A stretch of 64,000 bases of DNA, from the NCBI GenBank assembly GCA_945865295.1, contig CAMBDE010000002.1:791-64790 (forward strand), in the 5' to 3' direction. Made by a program: the position numbers and the translations under genes. The DNA comes from Chitinophaga pinensis (GTDB lineage: Bacteria > Bacteroidota > Bacteroidia > Chitinophagales > Chitinophagaceae). Shown in pieces: positions 58,524 through 64,000 of this stretch. Numbering within the stretch: the first letter of the stretch is position 1; every line of letters begins with the position of its first letter. The notes beneath the pieces were generated by a model. It had not been told where the DNA came from. It ran no database searches and worked only from the letters and a program-made list of their open reading frames with translations.

Positions 58524-60446
58524 ATGAAAAAGTATATTGTACTCTTTGTTGTTACGTTGGTTTGTTCATCAAACATAAAAGCACAACAAACTCAAAAACC
58601 GCCATTACATGGCAAGGATTGGGTAGCCATCACGGGTAAGCCTTTGGCTGCAACCGCAGGATCGATGGTGTTTCAAAAAGGTGGTAATGCGGTGGATGCG
58701 GCATGTGCAATGCTTGCTGCAACTTGTACCATGTGGGACGTGTTAAGTTGGGGTGGCGAAACGCAGGCATTAATCTACAATCCCAATACAAAAAAAGTGA
58801 TTGCGATTAGTGCAATGGGCTTTGCGCCAACAGGTGCTACGCCAGAATTTTTTAAAGGCAAGGGTTTTAGTTACCCACCAGAATATGGTCCATTAGCAGC
58901 AACTACGCCTGGTACACCGGGAGGTATTTGTTTGATGTTGGCGAATTATGGCTCTATGAGTTTAAAAGAAGTTTTAGCGCCAGCGATGGACTTAGCTGCA
59001 GGTTATCCAATTGATGCACAAACCGCAAATGGTATTGAACGTGGTAAAGCGATGATTAAAACCTGGCCTTATAGTAAGAAAGTATTATTACCACATTTAG
59101 GAGAAAAAAGAGAAGCGCCAGAAGCTGGTGAAATATTTGTTCAAAAAGATTTATTGAATACTTTGCAAAAAATGGTAGACGCCGAGCAGGATGCTTTGAA
59201 ACAAGGCAAGTCTCGTAAAGAGGCTATCTGGGCTGCATATGATCGTTTTTATAAAGGAGATATTGCAGATGAATTTGTAAGAGGTGCGCAAGAGCAAGGC
59301 GGATTGATTACCAAAGAAGATTTAAAAAACTGGAGACCTACGGAAGAAGCGCCGTCGATGGTGAACTATAAAGGGATTGATGTCTATAAACTTCAAGCTT
59401 GGACACAAGGACCTTCTTTATTACAAGCTTTAAATATTGTTGAAAATTTTGACTTGAAAAAAATGGGCTATAATTCTGCAGATTATATGCATACGATTTA
59501 TCAAGCAATGAATTTAAGTTTTGCAGATCGTGATTTTTATTATGGCGATCCAAAGTTTGCGACCAACCAACCAATCGCTGGCTTATTAAGTAAAGCCTAT
59601 GCAAAACAAAGAGCAGGAGAAATCAATATGGCAAAGAACAATGCCAATGCAGGCCCTGGAGATCCTTATCCTTTTGAAGGGAAAACAAATCCTTTTATGG
59701 ATTTAATTAAAGCAAAAGGATTTCAACCTTCCGTAGATACTGGAAAAACTAAAACTGGATTTGCACCAGCGCATGATTTAAGAACAGTTGCATCTTCGAA
59801 TACGAATGAAAAATTGCCAATAGATGCTGATTATATGGATCGTTTATGGAGAGGTACTACCACTGTTGAAGCAGCAGATAAAGAAGGATGGATTGTCTCT
59901 ATTACACCAAGTGGTGGATGGTTGCCAGCAACTATTGCGGGTAACACGGGTGTGGGCATGAGTCAACGTATGCAAAGCTTTGTATTGGATTCTGCACAAG
60001 GTCCTTTCAATGTGGTTGCGCCGGGTAAAAGACCAAGAGTCACTTTAACACCAAGTATAGCAATGAAAGATGGCAAGCCTTATATGGCATTTGGTGTGCA
60101 AGGTGGTGATACACAGGATCAAAACTTATTGCAGTTTTTTTTAAATATGGTTGAGTTTGGCATGACTGTTCAAGAAGCAACTGAAGCTGCGAATATTAAT
60201 TCCAATCAACTTTGGCTTTCTTTAGGAGGCACTAAAATCGCAGACAGAAAACCAAGACCAGGCAGCATTTTATTGCATGACAATGTTTCTGAGTGGGTTC
60301 GAAAAGACTTAAGAGCTAGAGGGTATAATTTAACTTTCGATGATCGTACAAGCGGTCCAATCAACGCCATTTTATTTGATTGGAAACATGGATCCATGTG
60401 GGGCGGTAGTTCTAATCATGGAGAGGATTATGGCATTGCATGGTAG
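58524..60446 (+). CDS. Gamma-glutamyltransferase family Ntn-hydrolase
   Basis: 'GGNAVDAA', nucleophile 'G|TTT', 'PGKRP', 'GGDTQDQ'; ATG at 58524. Confidence 0.9.
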   Translation: MKKYIVLFVVTLVCSSNIKAQQTQKPPLHGKDWVAITGKPLAATAGSMVFQKGGNAVDAACAMLAATCTMWDVLSWGGETQALIYNPNTKKVIAISAMGFAPTGATPEFFKGKGFSYPPEYGPLAATTPGTPGGICLMLANYGSMSLKEVLAPAMDLAAGYPIDAQTANGIERGKAMIKTWPYSKKVLLPHLGEKREAPEAGEIFVQKDLLNTLQKMVDAEQDALKQGKSRKEAIWAAYDRFYKGDIADEFVRGAQEQGGLITKEDLKNWRPTEEAPSMVNYKGIDVYKLQAWTQGPSLLQALNIVENFDLKKMGYNSADYMHTIYQAMNLSFADRDFYYGDPKFATNQPIAGLLSKAYAKQRAGEINMAKNNANAGPGDPYPFEGKTNPFMDLIKAKGFQPSVDTGKTKTGFAPAHDLRTVASSNTNEKLPIDADYMDRLWRGTTTVEAADKEGWIVSITPSGGWLPATIAGNTGVGMSQRMQSFVLDSAQGPFNVVAPGKRPRVTLTPSIAMKDGKPYMAFGVQGGDTQDQNLLQFFLNMVEFGMTVQEATEAANINSNQLWLSLGGTKIADRKPRPGSILLHDNVSEWVRKDLRARGYNLTFDDRTSGPINAILFDWKHGSMWGGSSNHGEDYGIAW

Positions 60447-60481
60447 GATTCAAAAATGATAATTGAATAAATAAAAATAAA

Positions 60482-61771
60482 ATGAGTCAGAATAGAAGAA
60501 AATTTTTAAGCACTGCATTATTGACTGCAGGCACATTAGGATTGGGTGGTAAGGTTTTAGCAAATGAGTCGGCAAATAAATACCATATCAATTTGCCTAA
60601 ATCAATTGAGGACTTAGTGCCAATGAAAGAAGGTGTGGTGCCCATTACCGTAGATGAGCGCAAGCAAAGAATTGCAAAGGCGCAGGCTATTATGGAAAAG
60701 GAAAAAATAGATGCTATTTTTTTAGAAGGCACTGTGTCTTGTTTTTATTTTACGGGAATGCGATGGGGACAAAGCGAAAGAACGTTTGGAGTTGTTATCC
60801 CAGCTAAAGGACCCATTGCTTATGTTTGTCCAAAGTTCGAAGAAGATAGGGCGATGGAATTATTGAACCCTGTATTTGGTGATGAAGTAAGATGTTGGGA
60901 AGAACACGAAAGCCCTTATGCTTTGATTTTTAATATCATTAAAGACAGAGGAACTAAGTATAAAAAAATTGGAATGGAAGAACGTGTTCGTTTTTTCATT
61001 GCGGATGGTGTTAAAAAATTAGCGACAGGTTTTGAGATTGTTGACGCAACACCAGTGACAGCTGGTTGTAGAATGTATAAGACAAAAGCAGAATTGGCGT
61101 TGATGCAATATTCAAGTGATATCACTATTAAAGCATATCAAGCTGCGTTTGCAACCATTCGCCCAGAAATGTCTCAGTCAGAATTCAGTGGCAATATCAG
61201 CGCGGCATTTAGAAAGCTAGGCTATAATGGAAGCGCATCGGTACAAGTGGGTAAGTATTCGGCATTGCCTCACGGAAGTATTACACCTCAAGTGATTCAT
61301 GAAGGCGATATTGTGATGGTTGATGGTGGAACAAGTGTAGAAGGATATGCTTCTGATATCACTAGAACAATTGTAGTAGGCAAACCAACTCAAAGACAAA
61401 TAGATGTTTGGAATATTGAATTGGAAGCACAGAACGCAGCGTTTGCAGCAATTAAAATTGGCGCACCATGTGAAGTGGTAGATGCAGCAGCAAGAGCAGT
61501 GATTGAAAAAGCTGGATTCAAAAGCAACTATAAATTACCAGGTCTGCCGCATAGAACAGGACATGGTATTGGTTTAGAAGGACACGAGTGGACTAATTTT
61601 GTAAAAGGAAATAAAACACCTTTGGCTGTTGGTATGTGTTTTAGCAATGAACCTACGATTTCTATTCCTGGTGAATTTGGAATTCGTTTAGAAGACTGTT
61701 TATACATTGCCGAAGATGGGCCACATTATTTCTCGAAACAAAGTATTTCAATCGAACAACCATTTGGATAA
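60482..61771 (+). CDS. M24 Xaa-Pro peptidase with Tat signal
   Basis: 'NRRKFL' twin-arginine motif; 'SDITRT', 'HRTGHGIG', 'NEP', 'RLED'. Confidence 0.92.
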   Translation: MSQNRRKFLSTALLTAGTLGLGGKVLANESANKYHINLPKSIEDLVPMKEGVVPITVDERKQRIAKAQAIMEKEKIDAIFLEGTVSCFYFTGMRWGQSERTFGVVIPAKGPIAYVCPKFEEDRAMELLNPVFGDEVRCWEEHESPYALIFNIIKDRGTKYKKIGMEERVRFFIADGVKKLATGFEIVDATPVTAGCRMYKTKAELALMQYSSDITIKAYQAAFATIRPEMSQSEFSGNISAAFRKLGYNGSASVQVGKYSALPHGSITPQVIHEGDIVMVDGGTSVEGYASDITRTIVVGKPTQRQIDVWNIELEAQNAAFAAIKIGAPCEVVDAAARAVIEKAGFKSNYKLPGLPHRTGHGIGLEGHEWTNFVKGNKTPLAVGMCFSNEPTISIPGEFGIRLEDCLYIAEDGPHYFSKQSISIEQPFG

Positions 61772-61811
61772 ATTAGATGATTGTTTTTATTTAATAAAAA
61801 ACAATACAAAT

Positions 61812-61844
61812 AAAAAAGGAGCTACAATTTGTAGCTCCTTTTTT
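61812..61844. terminator. Bidirectional intrinsic terminator
   Basis: aaaaaaggagctaca-att-tgtagctcctttttt. Confidence 0.88.
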
Positions 61845-61881
61845 ATACCCTTTCACAAGGGACTTATGTTGTATCACATTA

Positions 61882-63999
61882 TTATTTATACAACTGATTG
61901 AATAACATTTTATAAGTAGAATGCGTTTGCCCTCTGAATGTAATTTCTGGTCCATACACAAATAACTTACCTTTTCCCAATTTTGCTTCAAAAGCAGCGA
62001 CACCATCTTGCAAGTAAGCTTGCCCAAATGCCCAGCCGCTTCTCAAAGTTTTATCTGATGCAAACCATGCAAGTGGCGTGATTGTGCCATTCGCAATAGC
62101 ATCGGGCTGTACTCTAAATACAGGGCTATTATTAAAGTACACATCTGCATTATTTTTCATACCCCAGTTGGCTCTTATTGCAGGCGCAACAGCAACTTGT
62201 AAGATACTTCCTGGAATATAAAATTTCTCTCCCGGAAGCGTGCGCTCTTTTCCGTTATTCATTTCGGTAATGGCATTTTTAACAGGTAGTTTTAAATGGT
62301 ATGCAAGGTTGGCACTTGATCCGATGGTAACCACTGTGCCTCCCGCTTCTATGAAAGTCTTTAATGCAGGGATAGATTTTTCGGCAGTGATTCTTCCAAC
62401 CATTGGATGAAATTCAGCAGGGATCTCGTCTAGGTTTGGTTCTCTCTCATCATAAGGTGAAGCGGGTCCTGCAACTAAAGATGGGATGGCACCGTCTACA
62501 AAAACAATGGCATCAAATTTGTCTTTTAAATTACCTGCATTGATTTCCTTTGCATATAACAATTCAAAATCAAAATGATGTTGTTCTAAAATCCATCTTA
62601 CCCAACCAGATGGCATAGATCCACCATAACGATCCCATAATCCAATTTTTAATGTTGAAATTTTAACCGCATCTGTAGGAAGACTTTCTACTGCAATGAA
62701 ATTTAAACCTACTTTTGCAATCGGCTCCTTGTCTTTTGATTCAGCTGCCATTTCGAAATAAAAGCCTTGCTGGTTTTTATAAACCGACTTACCCGCTTTT
62801 AATAAATCATTGATTTTAATAAAACTATTATTGTCGTTAGATTGGATAGCATAAAATTTATTGACACTATTTGCCGTGTTAAAAACAGTCGTTTTTACAG
62901 ATTGTAATTGACCATAAGGAATGGCTTCAAACGGACCATTAAAATCATCTAAGATTCTGTCAAACTCCACACCCATTGTATATGCCGGCGTCCATCCTGC
63001 TGCATCATAAGGGCGCACGGGCGGTCCTCCTGGATATAAAAAATCATTCGGATGATCTTGTGGATCAAACATATCCAATACATGCGCTCTAAATGCTTGG
63101 TTGGTTCTTACGACATAAGACCCAGCTGGATAATTTTTTCCATTGACAACAAAATCATTTGTTGCTTGATGCACTTTAATACCACTTTGAATTAAAATAT
63201 TGACAAATGCAACAGCGCTACTCGTTTGAACTGCAGGAATAATATAGCCTCTAGGATCTCTTAATGCAGGGGCTTTATAGACCTTGGCATAATTTTGTAA
63301 AGCAACACTATCCACACGGGTATCTCTTTTTTCTGTCTTTAATTGCTCAGTCAAGAGTTCAACTTTATTTGGAGAAAGGGTCCAGTTGTCTCTGTTGCCA
63401 GATTCAATAGCTTCTTTACCCATTCGATACATATTCAATAGCACTTCGTCTTTATGTCTTGCTGCATAATTGAGTACGGCATAATTTAAGGAAATAGAAT
63501 AATCGATTGAATTTTTGAAAAACCATTTTTGTGGGGCAATTGGAAAAGGCAATCCACTATTTGGAATCAATCTTTGAGGCACTAAAGGAATATTCATTGG
63601 GGTTGGACTGCCAATGATCTCTGTTAAAATACCAACAATATTATGATAGTATGCTGTGGTTCTTAATCCACCATTCCACCAGGTAGAATAAACCGATCCG
63701 CCCTTCATGGTATAGCCAGGCTTTTGTTCAGCATTTAAACGACTACTCATAGCGGCGCCCATTGCATCCAAACTTGTTATCAATAATGGACTATACACAT
63801 AATTAAATGGATCTCTATAAGGAGGGCCTGCAACAACAGTTCCAGCCGGACCTGTTTGATGGTGGTTGTATAAAATTTGAGGCATCCACTCAATATATTG
63901 TTGACGACTCATGTTTTTTGATTCACTCATGTTCGTCATAAAAAAATCACGATTGTTATCGTGTCCAATATATTTTTGATACAAGCGTGGTAATGCAGA
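61882..63999 (-). CDS. M14 zinc carboxypeptidase-like protein, 3' part (continues beyond the window)
   Basis: 'HDNNRD', 'NHHQ', 'LTE', 'YDAAGW', and a C-terminal GATase-like region 'GWVRWILEQ'. Confidence 0.85.
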   Translation of the reverse strand, partial: SALPRLYQKYIGHDNNRDFFMTNMSESKNMSRQQYIEWMPQILYNHHQTGPAGTVVAGPPYRDPFNYVYSPLLITSLDAMGAAMSSRLNAEQKPGYTMKGGSVYSTWWNGGLRTTAYYHNIVGILTEIIGSPTPMNIPLVPQRLIPNSGLPFPIAPQKWFFKNSIDYSISLNYAVLNYAARHKDEVLLNMYRMGKEAIESGNRDNWTLSPNKVELLTEQLKTEKRDTRVDSVALQNYAKVYKAPALRDPRGYIIPAVQTSSAVAFVNILIQSGIKVHQATNDFVVNGKNYPAGSYVVRTNQAFRAHVLDMFDPQDHPNDFLYPGGPPVRPYDAAGWTPAYTMGVEFDRILDDFNGPFEAIPYGQLQSVKTTVFNTANSVNKFYAIQSNDNNSFIKINDLLKAGKSVYKNQQGFYFEMAAESKDKEPIAKVGLNFIAVESLPTDAVKISTLKIGLWDRYGGSMPSGWVRWILEQHHFDFELLYAKEINAGNLKDKFDAIVFVDGAIPSLVAGPASPYDEREPNLDEIPAEFHPMVGRITAEKSIPALKTFIEAGGTVVTIGSSANLAYHLKLPVKNAITEMNNGKERTLPGEKFYIPGSILQVAVAPAIRANWGMKNNADVYFNNSPVFRVQPDAIANGTITPLAWFASDKTLRSGWAFGQAYLQDGVAAFEAKLGKGKLFVYGPEITFRGQTHSTYKMLFNQLYK

Positions 64000-64000
64000 A

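Noticed and set aside
133-62027. Numerous 60-130 aa ORFs overlapping larger genes
   Set aside because: Alternate-frame or antisense shadows of well-supported CDSs.

Overview
A 64 kb, AT-rich, gene-dense chromosomal segment from a Bacteroidota bacterium. The TAnnTTTG/TTTG promoters, absence of Shine-Dalgarno sites and gene families point to this phylum; a Chitinophagaceae-like aquatic photoheterotroph is an inference. It is mostly core genes (uvrD, dnaN, recX, thiL, uvrB, recA, nadD, ybeY, mnmG, polA, rho, asnS, tRNA-Phe), many secreted hydrolases/peptidases and a proteorhodopsin-blh pair. I found no CRISPR array, prophage or transposase. The most interesting signals are non-coding. (1) A compact SAM-I/IV-like riboswitch core begins right at a predicted transcription start and precedes an unrecognisable 199-aa ORF. 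(2) The window looks like the replication-origin region: an AT-rich recA-surA gap with DnaA-like boxes, a separate dense DnaA-box cluster, and parS palindromes upstream of mnmG that bracket two inverted 79-bp hairpin elements. (3) Tandem CTAA-N5-TTAG operators sit on the recA promoter. (4) Many genes appear to be leaderless. (5) Rho lacks its N-terminal helix bundle and carries a long disordered region instead. All calls come from reading the sequence by eye; no searches were run.
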